Part shown: positions 52,224 through 64,000 of the stretch, one piece after another | How positions within the stretch are numbered: the first letter of the stretch is position 1 | Layout: each line of letters starts with the position of its first letter | Assembly: GCF_000497125.1 (NCBI RefSeq) | Contig: NC_090603.1 | Coordinates: forward strand, 992,001 to 1,056,000 | Length of the DNA: 64,000 bases | Source of the DNA: Spironucleus salmonicida | Lineage: Eukaryota | Direction: 5' to 3' | Position numbers and translations under genes: made by a program | Notes under the pieces: model-generated | Seen by the model: only the letters and a program-made list of their open reading frames with translations | Told to the model about the DNA's origin: nothing | Databases searched by the model: none

Positions 52224-52673
52224 ATGACATGTGAATTCTTTGCCACAATTGGTTGCTGCAAATATGATAATGCATGTTCACGACATCACATAGCATAAGA
52301 ATCTTCAAATTTAGTGGTGATTCCTAATTTATGCCCACTGACAAAGAGTATAGAATTGAACGAATAGTTACTTTTACAGTCTGTCAAAGAGATAGTAAGA
52401 TTTGCTAGTGAAAACTCCCATATTGTAGATTTTACTGTCGCTGTGAATAATAACCATTTATATGGTACTGTATATTTACTATTTGAATCAATTATTGCAG
52501 CAAATGCATTTGTACTTAGTCTTCCCAAAGCATTTTCAGGAAAAGATATTGTGGCTAGATTTCTTCCACACAAAGTACTAAAACCTATATTCTGCAATGT
52601 AAGAAACTGTGATGGATACTTTTGTCAGAAGGTGCATGAGAAGTTTTTTAGTCGAAAAGATATATTGGATTGA
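52224..52673 (+). CDS. U2AF1: U2AF35-like splicing factor, copy 2
   Basis: +7536 copy of 44688-45137. Confidence 0.78.
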
Positions 52674-52751
52674 AGGTATAATGATAGTATTACAAAATAG
52701 TTATTAGGAATTATTTAGTGTATACATTATAGATTTATAGCTAATTTAATC

Positions 52752-53207
52752 TCATAAATTTAAATTACATAGGCTGATTAGTTCAATATAATTCAATAGT
52801 GACGAATTTCTAATTTAATCGAATGAATATATAGTATATGTAATGATAAATTCTTATTATAAAGTAGGCAATAACATTATAGTATCGGCTCTATGCGGAC
52901 ACGAAGATGCGGCGAGGTCTATTTTTACGATACACTGGTAAATAAAGGCTGTACACATTATGGCCGTAGTTATTATAGTAAGACACTATAAATACGAGCT
53001 AGATGACGTGGTTTGGAGGGCAAACTGGGATATCCCGAGAAATAGCAAGCAGGCAGAGATTGTTCCCCCGATTGAATATATTGGGTAACCCATGTTAGCA
53101 CCAGCCTCCGAAATTGACGGAAGATACGCAGCATTATCGAATACGATTGCCACGACCAGGGTGGACACGATGGTTATCGCGAAGGACGCCAGCGCGAACT
53201 TAATCAT
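52752..53207 (-). pseudogene. 3'-truncated chimeric DRAM/TMEM150-like copy 3
   Basis: Same chimeric ORF as copy 2, with one synonymous difference at 53172 (g instead of a) and a different upstream region. Confidence 0.7.
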
Positions 53208-53556
53208 TTTAAGTTAATATTTTAACTGCAACAAAATATAATTGTTATTATATTTAGGTTTCAATATATTTATTTCATTTTTAAGATATATTAATTCAAT
53301 ATTAGTAGAATCTAAAAAATATCAGAAATTACAAATCATTGCATGAACATATATTCTTTACTTACTTAAATATAATTATTATCTATTTTATATCCGATAA
53401 CCTTATTCATTTACTAAACACCCAATCTGATAATATTTTGCAAGTACGCTTTAAACTATTATCTTTTCTATATAATTACAAGAATCTAATAAATATTATA
53501 CCATTAGTATGATAAATTAATCCACCTTCCATCGCTCAATCTACAATACACTCCAT

Positions 53557-54795
53557 ATGACTTGCTCTTCAATTCCAGGATGTGCTCTTTGCAATCCTTA
53601 AAATCCTCTACTCTGCACCAAATGTGATAATTTCCTTCTTCCAAATGCAGAAAATTCTTTTTGCGAATGCACAAAAGGTTCTTCAAAAGCATGCAGTTTT
53701 GGATAGAATTGTGCTAAGATAGAAAGAATTTGCATTGATTTTAATATATGCTATGGTATTTTAGGGTGCAAAATATGCGATTTTACAAACTTTTCAAAAT
53801 GTGGAGAGTGTGTTACTGGTTTTTTTGTTAGTGAAACTGGAGAAAAATGTATAAGTTTGGAAGGGTGCAAAGAGGTAGAAAATTGCATTAAATGCGATGA
53901 ATCTAACATTAAAAAATGCAGTAAATGTAGAAATTAGTTGTAAGTTATAGAAAATAAATGCAGCTGCTTTGGTCAAAATTGCTTAGATTAAGAAATTTGT
54001 TCATTTTCATTAAAAAAATGTTTACCAGTTAAGTATTGTCTAGATAAGGTATAATAGTGTACGTAATGTGATTTAGCCGATAGTTATAATTGTGCAAAAT
54101 GTTCAGAGTCTTTCTACTTAAATAATTAATTTTGCTTACCATTGACTCCTTGTTAACATATTTCAAACTGTATTGCATGTGATCCTATCTCCACAAATTT
54201 ATGCAATAAATGTTCCAATGGTTTAACAATTTCTCCATTAAAAGCAACATGTGAATGCGAACGGAGCACTGGAACTCCATGCTAGTTAGGTTTCTCTTGT
54301 GTTAAGCATTTACATTCATGTCAGATATAAAACTCTTGCTAAATTTGGCCTTTTGGAGTAGCTAATTGTAAAGTTTGTAGTTAAGCAGAACCTAGAATTT
54401 GTCATTAATGTGAAGATAGTTATTAACTAAGCTTAGACTAGTTAAAGTGTTATAAGCAAGGTGAATGTTTTAGTATTTCTGGATGTGTAGAATGTGTATG
54501 GTATGAGGGAGATAGGTGTGCAAAGTGCTAGAAAGGGTTTTTAGTTGGTGAGATGGGAAGAACATGTTTGTGTGGAGGAAAGAAATGCACAGGAAGTGGA
54601 AAATTTAGGACTAACTAGGGCTGTAGTTTTGGAGTTTGCTACTATGAAGTTTTACTTTGGTAAATTTTGTTTGGAGTTAGTATTGTATTGCTTTCAGGGT
54701 TACTATGTATTTTGCTGTGGCGGTACTTATACAATAAAATAAATCATGAAAAAGAAGGATAGAGGTTAATTGGAGTATAGTTGTAAGAATAATGA
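53557..54795 (+). CDS. Cysteine-rich membrane protein (CxxC-repeat, VSP/CRMP-like surface protein)
   Basis: Repeated GC..C....C..C units (GCALC...CTKC, GCKIC...CGEC, NCIKC...CSKC, GCVEC...CAKC), a C-terminal TM ILFGVSIVLLSGLLCILLW and a short tail. About 412 aa; alternative ATG at 53509. Confidence 0.88.
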
Positions 54796-54904
54796 GGAAA
54801 TTACACCATATAAATGATAATGAGAAATATTAATTCTGAAGTTTTACATATTATTATTACCTAGTATAATTATTATATATTATTATATTAAAAAGTTTAT
54901 TAGA

Positions 54905-56251
54905 ATGATAAGAAATATTATATTAAACGCATTCTGCTTTCTGCGATCATTATTATATACACAATTGAAATATACACCTTATTAGTCAGCATAAACACAT
55001 TTAAAAGCAGCATAACGTTAACTTTATAATAGGCTGACAAAACTTTAGCTAGAATAATGTCCACTTATCGCATTTGATTTTGGCACAATACTTATTAAGT
55101 TGGTAATTTTTATCCCTTAAAATATTACTTTTTCTATAAATAAATAATTCACAAAATTTGTTTAGAATAATCTAGGATACTAATCTTCCTCAATATAAGG
55201 GAGCTTCATTTTTCTATAATTTGCATCGAAAGATTTTGATAATTTTCTACACTTCCTAAATTTTCATAATTTCCCCCTCTAAAATGATAAAGTTATGCGA
55301 TGCACTGGGGAATAAGCTGTTTATTTCGCACAAAAAGTAATTTTAAAAACAAAGTTTGAGTAATTTTAAAACTATTCTATTCATGACTGTTTGCGTAACG
55401 GATTGAAATTTAATTGCTCTTTAAAGCTTTCAGAGTAATTTTATCATAGTATTTTACCAGATTAGGCAATCTTGGAAAATTAACGATAAACCTAATGGAT
55501 TTCTGCTTAAAATTAAGATTAACGAGTAAGTTTCTTGCAGCAAATAACATTTCCAGCACTGTGTGTGGATATCGGAAGTTAATTCACAGTATATAAATTA
55601 TCGCTAGAAAGTTATGAGATAATTGCTCAATACCCACTTGGAGGTGGTGCATTTCTAGGCATTTCATAGCTCTTATATCCGAATACTACTTACGAAAATT
55701 TTTAAGAACAAATTAGTCAGGCAATCCCAAATAATGTAGACCTAACCGTCGGGGATATTTATGGGGGTAATTATGTTTCAACAAATTTAAATTCAAACTT
55801 GCTTGCAGCTTGTTTCGGAAAGTAAATAGATACTTTTTCTACTGAGAACAATTCTGATTCTTAAGATTAACTTATTCAGGAAATTAAGTGCTCAGTTGAT
55901 TACCAAGCCTCATTGCTTCGCATGATATCTATAAATATTGGGCATATTTCTGCTAAACATGCTGTTATAGAAGCTTGTAAGAGCACATTTTTTGTAGGTG
56001 GATTTTTAGATCAAAAACTTGCTATGCAGAATTTGGCATGGGCATTTAATGTGTATAGTGGAAATAATGCAATTTTTGTTTAGCATGGAGCAGTTTTATG
56101 TTGCTTAGGAGCTTTATTTGGTAATTAATAAGAATATGTTATTGATGACAGTGATGACGTTGTTAAAATGGTAAATATTATTAGTTAATAAACTGAAATG
56201 AAAGTAGAGATTATTAATTATGAATTAGAGAGTCTATAGGAGAGTGATTGA
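54905..56251 (+). CDS. Type II pantothenate kinase-like protein (Fumble family), degenerate active site
   Basis: IAFDFGTILIKLV, CVDIGS, LGGGAFLG, NVDLTVGDIYGG, AACFGK, SLLRMISINIGHI and FFVGGF. 448 aa. Confidence 0.85.
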
Positions 56252-56410
56252 AACATATACTTAAAACATCTATACTAATGATTTAATCAAAAAATTGTAT
56301 TTAACTCGGAAAGTGGTTCGTTTTCTTTATATTATTTAGAAATAAATGAAGCTAATAATTATATCAAATATACATATAAACAATACACCATAATAATGAT
56401 AACAGTAATG

Positions 56411-56611
56411 TCACTTTGCTGCTTAAACTTTGGCGATTGCAGAGGTGCAAATCTTTTTAAATTCTGCCATGGTAAGTCCATCTTTAGCTTCTGCTACAAT
56501 TTCTTCATAAACTTCTTATGGTACCTTATCCTTATACATCTTTTCAGCGAAAGCTTTAAGCTCTGTTGACGTTATAACACTCTATATCTTTTTAGTAATA
56601 CCACTACCCAT
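56411..56611 (-). CDS. Small protein (66 aa) with degenerate EF-hand-like pair and N-terminal Gly2
   Basis: MGSGITKKIQSVITSTELKAFAEKMYKDKVPQEVYEEIVAEAKDGLTMAEFKKICTSAIAKVQAAK*. AGTGA stop and an upstream CCC element. Confidence 0.65.
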
Positions 56612-57365
56612 TTTAAGTAAAGGGATTTTAAAATATACGTATGTAAGAGAATTATAGTCAGGTTGTAAGAAACGTAAGGTTTTTTTCTATACTTACATTA
56701 AATAAATACCAATGTATTTTATTCAAGATTTTGGAATGATTGTTGAGTTTTGTAGATAGATGGTGATTTTAATTTATGTATCTCTTTAATTAAAATAACA
56801 ATATACTTAGAATTTTTGAATGCAAATATACAGTAACTTGAGATAATATGCATGATAATAGTATTAAAAATGTAATATATTTATTTTATACTCAGTGAGT
56901 TTCTTAATTCACTATAGTACTATGCTTACATTAGTTAATAAATCATTTAATTATAATTATTCCATATACAAGAAGATGTATTAAATACAAGTTAAAAAAA
57001 TAATAAGGCTAAACAAAACTAAGTATAATCTAGTTATTTGAAGGAATTAAGTAAAACTAAAAAACAAAATGGAAATAAATTATTTATGACATTATATTAA
57101 ATGAGATAACAATAATAAAACCTACAACAAGTAAATTTATAAAGTTGGTATAATAAGGATTCAAATAATAATATTAGTTATCTTGTTATATTTTCATTGT
57201 TTAATTGATGATTATGATATTTAGGGGCATATATCATACTCTGATGAAGTCACAATAATGACGATAAATTATAGATTGTAAAATTGTAAAACAAAGCGCA
57301 TATATAAATTCAGTCCTAAAATTTAATTAATATCATATCAATATAATGACTCCACCCTTTACAAA

Positions 57366-57863
57366 ATGACGTTTATTACTAATATTAAATACCATCAATC
57401 TCGAACACAATAAAACGCATTGGAGTTAATTCATGTTTAAGCTTTATTTCCTGCTTTTCTTCCTAAGGCCCCTTATATTACACCTCCCCAACCTAACTTT
57501 CGTAGCTAATAAAGAATAAAATTTACATAAATCAGAGAACGAATTTCACGCCCAGTTATGTCATCTCATTCTTCAACTCCATCAAAATTTTTAATAGGAA
57601 AATTAGATTTAAATACATATTAAACAGGAAGTGATAAAGTTTAAAAGCAGACGTAAAGACAGTAAAATTATAATGATTTTGACGGACCAGCTTTATTAAA
57701 GATTCTATCTGGAGGAGTTAAAAATGAAAATAACGAATAGATGAAATAATATGTTGCAGGGAGTAAATAATAGGTAATGAACTCTTATGGAGCTTGGCGC
57801 AGGGCAACTAACAATGCAAAATTTGATTATATTGAGAATACTTTCAAAATACTTAATGAGTGA
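57366..57863 (+). CDS. Hypothetical protein (165 aa)
   Basis: Open code-6 frame with a C-rich promoter (tccaccctttacaaaATG) and an AGTGA stop. Confidence 0.65.
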
Positions 57864-57877
57864 ATAAATTAACATGC

Positions 57878-59275
57878 TCATATCTGCAAAATAGAACAGA
57901 TTACATCAACCATATCATGAGCGAGAACATTAGAAATATGTGCTCTGAAATCTCCAAATTCGCTGAATAATTAAATAAATTCCATACCATTCACAGTACT
58001 GTAGAAGCTGGCTACCAAAAATTCGATAGTATCAGATTGTACATCTTCTTGGGATAATGCATAGCAAACACCTTGTTTGATGTCTAAAACGGAGTAGTGG
58101 GCAAGTAGAAGATAGTTTTGGTTCTATCTATTGAAATTTTGCTTGATAAATTAGGGTAAAGCCATGTAATATTGATTCTCAAATTAATCACAAACAAGAG
58201 TGTATGTTTCTGTTGAAATTCTTGATAATAAATCAAAAAATACAGATGCTGTTTAATCGTTAAATCCGTAAATCTCTTGGATGAGCTTGTCTACTTCTTA
58301 GTCATCATCATTTTCACAATGAATCCATTAACGAATTAAATACTAGAAAGGTTGATTTTAAATTGCTTATTCAATTTATAGACGAAGATCCTCGTTAAAT
58401 AAAGTTTCATAACATTTCTCTACATATGGTTAATTTTCATCTGTCATTAGAATAATTGATACAAGAAGAAGTTAAGCATTATTTGTGAGTGACTACTAAA
58501 TATTTTATGCGAATAAAGTGTCGGTATCATAAAACATTTTACTAAAAAGCTTGTGGAATTTAGGAAATGCAATTTTTAATTCTAATGCCACAGAAGTTTT
58601 AAGTACAGTTTCATACTCGTCTTTAACTATATTTTTTGTTTCTTAACTTTAATTAATAAAGAATTCGATTACTTATTCGGTATTTTTGGTGTCTATGTAT
58701 TTTTTAAATTCAGTAGTATATTTGGAAAGCCTAGCCATTCTTGTTGATGCTGAATCTGCTCTGGTTAAAGGTTCAGTGAATTCTTACTCTTATTCTTTTT
58801 AAGTACCTTCAACACCTAAAATACTGCTAAAATGACTAGCATCAATTTTACTTTAAATTATTAATTATTCAATTCTTTGAATTCTAGATCTCATATCCAT
58901 ATTCTTCGATTCTAGTTCCTGAATTTTTGAAGAAACGACAGCAGACTATGATTTTTAAAGAGCTCTGTTAACACTATTAGCTATAGTTTCAACACGTTAT
59001 TCTACATTATTAAGATTAAGCTTCTAAACCTCATGGTTATCTTCTTATTTTGAAAGATTTTTCTTAGTTTATGTAAATATTTGTACCAAAGATAATTGAA
59101 ATTCATTGAATTCTTGTTTTATTTATTCAACCTCCTCTTTGCTATTGTTTGACGTGGGGGCTTATTCTACATACATCATATCTTAACTTTACATATCAAA
59201 CATTTGGGGCTATGCCAATTAATCTTAGTTAAAATTCATAGGGTTGAAAGAGTCCATAGCTGGAAACTAGTTCAT
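57878..59275 (-). CDS. Hypothetical coiled-coil/helical protein (465 aa)
   Basis: ATG at 59275 (MNQFPAMDSFNPMNF...) is in frame with TGA at 57878; N-terminal coiled coil. Confidence 0.7.
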
Positions 59276-59840
59276 TAAATTTTTGATAGATTGAGATTTT
59301 AGATATTAATTAGTATATAATAATAGACTAGCTGTTAGTTATTAATGTTATAGAATAACTATGTTACAAATTTATAAAAAAAGATTAGTGTGCATAAATA
59401 TAGTATATACTTATATGGGAATAAATAAGTTGAGTCGGGTAGTTCTTTAAAATTAGTATTACGAATTTACTTTATTTTAAGAAAAAATAATATGATTATT
59501 TATTTTTTCATTAAAATACATTAGATAGTTAATAGTATTTATAAAATAAAATATTAATTACATATTATTCAAGGCTGTCTCTTACTAATAGCACATTTGG
59601 TTATACAATAATTATTGCAATGAAAATCTTACACTTGATCTTTATGCATTATACAATAATTATATTTAATAATAAATAGAACCTAATGTTACATTTTAAT
59701 TATTTTATTTATATACAATATATTAAATCATCATTCATAATCATCTTATTAGCATAATAAATTATGTAAATTTATCATTAATCAGTTTTATAAATTCTTA
59801 CTAATTATATTTATTAATATTATTTTATAACTTGATATAT

Positions 59841-59863
59841 ACCTTTCCACCATCCCTTCCAAT
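59841..59863 (+). promoter_or_regulatory. C-rich pyrimidine core-promoter element immediately upstream of ATG (representative example)
   Basis: acctttccaccatcccttccaatATG. Similar tracts precede ATGs at 7266, 21453, 53557 and 57366, and on the minus strand at 5107, 37475 and 56611. Confidence 0.55.
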
Positions 59864-61210
59864 ATGCCTAATATAGACTTATCCAATATAACTTCGATAT
59901 AACCTACTCATCTACGTCTCCTATAGTCAATAGAACAAGCTATGAAGAATCATGACTTTGCACCACTAACGCTGATAAATTAAATTTCAAACATTTAAAA
60001 TATCCATAATACACTTTCTGATCTTTGTAAATGCGGCCTGATTGCACATGTGGGTGGAACTGCTGACGGTTATTAGCTTACATTTTTAGGATTTGATTAC
60101 CTTGCTATATCAGTCCTCAGAAACCGTAAAATTATCGATTTACCTCTTCGAAAAATTGGTGTAGGAAAAGAAGCAGAAGTTTGGATTTGTAGTGATTTCG
60201 AAAATCGAAAAGTGGCATTAAAGCTTCATAAATTAGGTCTTAATTCATTTAAAAACGCAAGAACATTAAGAAATTATAGCGATAAGAATATATAATGGTG
60301 GAAGATGAGCCAGCTGGCCGCAGTTCGCGAATTTGGCTTTGGTAAAGCACTGTTTTAGCGTGGAATGGACGTAGTGTAGATGTTGGATTAGTGTCGCCAT
60401 TGCGTTGTAATGGAGTTATGTTCAGGAGTATAAATGAGTCGTTTACGTGGCTTGAATGTTGACCAAGCGCGTTATTTGGGAGCGAGAGTTTATAAAATGA
60501 TGATTTAAATGATGGGGTTTAGTGTTATTCACGGCGATTGCAATGAATATAACGTTATAGTAGAGGTTGAAGGCGAAGATTTTGAATTTGAAGAAATAGA
60601 ATGCGAAGAAGGGTTGGAAAACTATTAAAGCGATTCAATAGCTAATAAAATTGCCCATTAACATAATGCATAGTTAGATAGTCAATAATTTTAATCTGAC
60701 TTACAAAATTAAAGTACATTACCGATTGATTCATACGAAGATATAATTTAGTCATATGAAAATACTAAAATTAATATTTTCAAATCTATAAAATTAATCG
60801 ATTTTCCATAACTTATTCAACTTACGGATGATGATGCAGAGTACCAATTCAACAGAGATGTTGAGTCATTTGAAGGCTTTTTGAACAGACGCTTTAAGAC
60901 GGAACTATCGTTCCCACGTTTTGCAGACATTTAAAAATGTGAAATTATAAATTCATTTTAAACAAGTGAAAAGTTTGCCAGACTGGTAAAAATGCAGATC
61001 TTAGATGAAGAGGTTAAAAATGAGGTGGAAGAAAGTTAAAATTAAATTGCGGGAAGCAAAATGCTTTTAAAAGTGCGGAAAGTTGATTTGAAAACTGCTG
61101 CAAAATAACAAATGTAACGTGTTAATTAAAAGCGAAATCAGTCCAAAAGAATGGAGAAAGGTCAGAACAAGTCAAATAGAGATAGATATGGCGGGGATGG
61201 CGAGTATTGA
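59864..61210 (+). CDS. RIO2: RIO2 atypical serine/threonine kinase (40S maturation)
   Basis: Winged-helix LRLLQSIEQAMKNHDFAP and GYQLTFLGFDYLA, then IGVGKEAEV, LKLHKLG, AAVREF, RHCVVME, IHGDCNEYNV, LIDFPQ and FNRDV. 448 aa. Confidence 0.95.
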
Positions 61211-61770
61211 GTAATTTAGAATTTTAATTTGTTTATACTCAATATTTTTATTATCATATTTCTATTTTTTTAAATGCATACTATAGAAGAACCTAAGATA
61301 TTTTTATTGTTTTATTTATGACAGCAAGTTAGGAAAGATCTAAATATATATTTATTCTTATTGTACTAGAAGATTAATGAATATCAAATTAGTAAATAAT
61401 AAAAATATATACTTTTATATTATTATATAAAATTGCTAGAAGAGTATTAAGCTTTTAATAACAAATGCGATTATGTGTGCATTATAAAATATATTGTAAA
61501 TAAGTATATTAATGATATTAAATATAGGTCAACTTTAGATACTAAAATAGAGTATATAATATATTATCAGAAATTAATTAAATTTAAATAATTAGTAGCT
61601 TTATATTCAAACAATAAAATAGAATATGCTATTAATAAATGGACTATTTATATTAATAGTACTAATTAATATTATTATAGTAGTTGTAATTACTAATCGA
61701 ATCTAATTATTACATCATGATCGATATATTATAGTGTATTCGTAATATGAGTTTATAGAATAAATATTCC

Positions 61771-63306
61771 TCACTTCCAGCTACTATACTCTGTGTGGAA
61801 ATACTCATGGCATTTGGCTCCCAAATCTGCATAAACAGCGTCTAAAGCTTTGTTATCAAAACTACTAGTAAACTACAACTTACTATCACCTTCATTTAGT
61901 CCAGTAGCCCTAGTAGGAATTTCCATTTTCTTCATGTTTTTCGGTTATCCACCTCCGCCCTGACATCCATGCAAACAGGTCATCATCTCAATTGAATCAC
62001 ATTCCAATTCATTTGCAATAACCATTTCGGCAGCTCTACGAAGTGCAGTACCACCTGTGGCAACGGCGAACTTGAACAATTCGCCTTATAATACTGCATC
62101 ATACTACAAAATAGAGTGCTTGGTTTTCTCGTCAAAGAATATTGTTTTAGGTACTATTTCACTAAAAACAATCTGGCTGTTCGTCTTAGCAGCTACATAA
62201 CGTACCACTGACTCAGTGACTCCTGCAGTTTTACCGTAAATATAAGATGAACCCGAAACTTGCGTGTAAGGGGCATCTATATTTGCTGTTTCGTCATTTT
62301 ACAGATCCTCTTCCTTTTCATTCGAAAACTAGATATCTCGCGCTATCAAAAATTCGTAAATTTCGCGAGAGGTAATGCTAATATCACAGTCCGGCACACC
62401 ATCTGTTGTAAGCTCTTTGCGTGCGGCCTCATCTTTTTTGGCAGTGCATGGCATCATGCCGACAACACAAAGATCCTTTGCCTTCTTCCCAATCTGCGCT
62501 GCAAACTGCTTTTTAATTAGAGCACACATACTACCGTGGGGAGATTTTGCAGTCGATAGTCTGCTCAGAAGCTGTGGGTATTTTCGCTCACAGAGGTTCA
62601 CCCATGCCGGACAACATGATGTGAATATAGGCCCCTTCTTTTCTTATTTTGCTTTTAGTACTTCTGCAGCATCTTCTCTAGTTGTTATGTCAGCTCCATA
62701 TAGGTTATCAAAAACATACTTGAAGCCAACATCTTTTAGAGTTTTTACGAGTTAACGTTCGCAAGTTGCACCAACGCCCATCCCGAATGCTTCGGCAAGT
62801 CCCACTCGGGTTGCCGGAGCTAAAACAGCGATTAGGATTTTATTTGATTTCATGGCCTATTCCACTTCTGAAATCTAGTTTCTTGGCTGAAGAGCGTTTG
62901 TGGGACATGCAGAAACGCAGTTACCACACCCTACACAGTCGGTAGTATCTAAACGAACGCGGTGTGATTCGTCATTCAATTCACGATTAAGTGTGTATGT
63001 TTGAATATAAGGAGGTATTTTGACCGGACCTTTCGTAATTACGTGAAAACCTTACCACTCATCACATGCGCGAGCGCAGTTGTGACATCCTATGCATTTA
63101 GAATAATCTAATTAAATGGAATATGTCTGATCAATAGGTTTATTCGTAATATCTATTGTAGAAACTGGAATTCTAGTTTTTGTGTGTAAAGCGAATATTT
63201 CTTAAGCAGGTACGCTTGATACTTTAACTGTTTTAAGTTCAGCCTACTGTTAGCCCTCTTCTTTTTCGATTGTTTCCACTGGTGCAATTTCAGACCCGCA
63301 ACCCAT
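61771..63306 (-). CDS. hydA: [FeFe]-hydrogenase (2x[4Fe-4S] ferredoxin domain + H-cluster domain)
   Basis: CIGCHNCARAC and CVGCGNCVSACP; H-cluster L1 FTSCCPAWV, L2 MPCTAKKDE and L3 EMMTCLHGCQGGGGQP. 511 aa starting MGCGSE. Confidence 0.95.
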
Positions 63307-64000
63307 TTTAGAAATTGATGAACTTTAAACTTGATATAACTATTACTAGGCAAAAATTTAGTTTTACAGTAAAAACTGCTAAGTTAATAGATTGCTGCAA
63401 ATAATAAATTTATATATGAATTTTCATATTGTTATACAATACAAATTTAATGTAGGTTTTCAATTTGTATCTTATATTACTATCAATACAAAAGAATTAT
63501 AATTTACGATTAAACAATAATGAAATTTGATAATAATTTATTGTATTAGATAATAACAAGACTGGTTATATTTAGTTTTATTTATTAGTTAACAATATAT
63601 TATTTATATTATTATATTATTGAAACAATATCTTATTTTTATTCCTTTAATTATATTATAATAAGATTATACTTCTAAAATTTTTATAAAGTATAAATAT
63701 TAAACAACAAGACGAATTAATATAATAATATTTATTTTTTCAAGATCAATATTTTTAACCATTAAATGTAATATAATTTTACTTATTTTTATTTTATTAA
63801 TATAATATGCAAAAAGTATAATAAATTTAATATTACTCTCTTAATTATCTTTATTTATAATATAATCTTTATATATTATATTATCTGAAATATCTTTAAT
63901 ATATAAATATTTTATTATTCTACAAAGTACTAATATATAATTTTAAATAGTAAAATTTGATTAAATTCAAATTTATAGTAATAAATGATCTTATTTTATG

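Larger units (their letters stand above)
37818..53211. repeat. Tandem duplication with a 7,536-bp period (two full units plus a third copy of the first 322 bp)
   Basis: Every track ORF recurs at +7536 (e.g. 43445/50981). Identity starts at tctatgcggacac (37818/45354/52890) and ends at aatcatttta (38139/45675/53211). Confidence 0.97.

Noticed and set aside
37818-53211. The duplication as an LTR element or composite transposon
   Set aside because: There is no transposase, reverse transcriptase or integrase and no terminal inverted repeats. The direct repeats are part of a host gene and the cargo is host genes.
2682-63353. Most short ORFs in the supplied track (e.g. 2682, 6038, 7389, 12106, 21689, 25309, 41100, 44750, 62375, 63153)
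   Set aside because: They were computed with TAA/TAG as stops. They are antisense or off-frame shadows, or fragments, of longer code-6 genes.
63360-64000. Extremely AT-rich tail as a repeat array or gene
   Set aside because: There is no periodic unit and no credible ORF, so it is treated as intergenic.
1-64000. tRNA, rRNA, CRISPR arrays and spliceosomal introns
   Set aside because: None was recognised by eye and the recognised genes read as continuous frames. A tRNAscan/Infernal run would be needed to exclude short RNAs.

Overview
This is a gene-dense, AT-rich eukaryotic window that uses the non-standard nuclear code in which TAA and TAG encode Gln and TGA is the only stop (translation table 6). 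The supplied ORF track is therefore mostly fragments and shadows. Compact genes with no visible introns, tiny intergenic gaps, an SF-assemblin/beta-giardin protein, a CxxC-rich membrane protein, a PPi-PEPCK and an [FeFe]-hydrogenase point to a hexamitine diplomonad (Spironucleus-like; this is inference). Re-reading by hand in code 6 gives about 35 CDS. These include a Ski2/Mer3-like helicase, Pelota, TMEM104-like and MATE transporters, RCHY1-like and BRE1-like RING proteins, Spc24, a PPPDE peptidase, an NPL-FKBP, NTM1, an RME-8-like protein, OSCA/TMEM63, kinesin, DRAM/TMEM150, U2AF35, a PanK-II-like protein, RIO2 and a hydrogenase. Four observations stand out. (1) A soluble IRE1/RNase L-type pseudokinase-KEN nuclease with an intact RN-x3-H motif and an unusual N-terminal domain lies in a GC-rich island. 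(2) A 7,536-bp tandem duplication of PPi-PEPCK plus U2AF35 is bracketed by three 322-bp direct repeats derived from the 5' half of the DRAM gene. (3) The [FeFe]-hydrogenase begins with an MGCGS dual-acylation motif. (4) The pantothenate kinase looks catalytically degenerate. All family calls are by motif recognition without database searches, and long ORFs were frame-checked at their ends and sampled internally.
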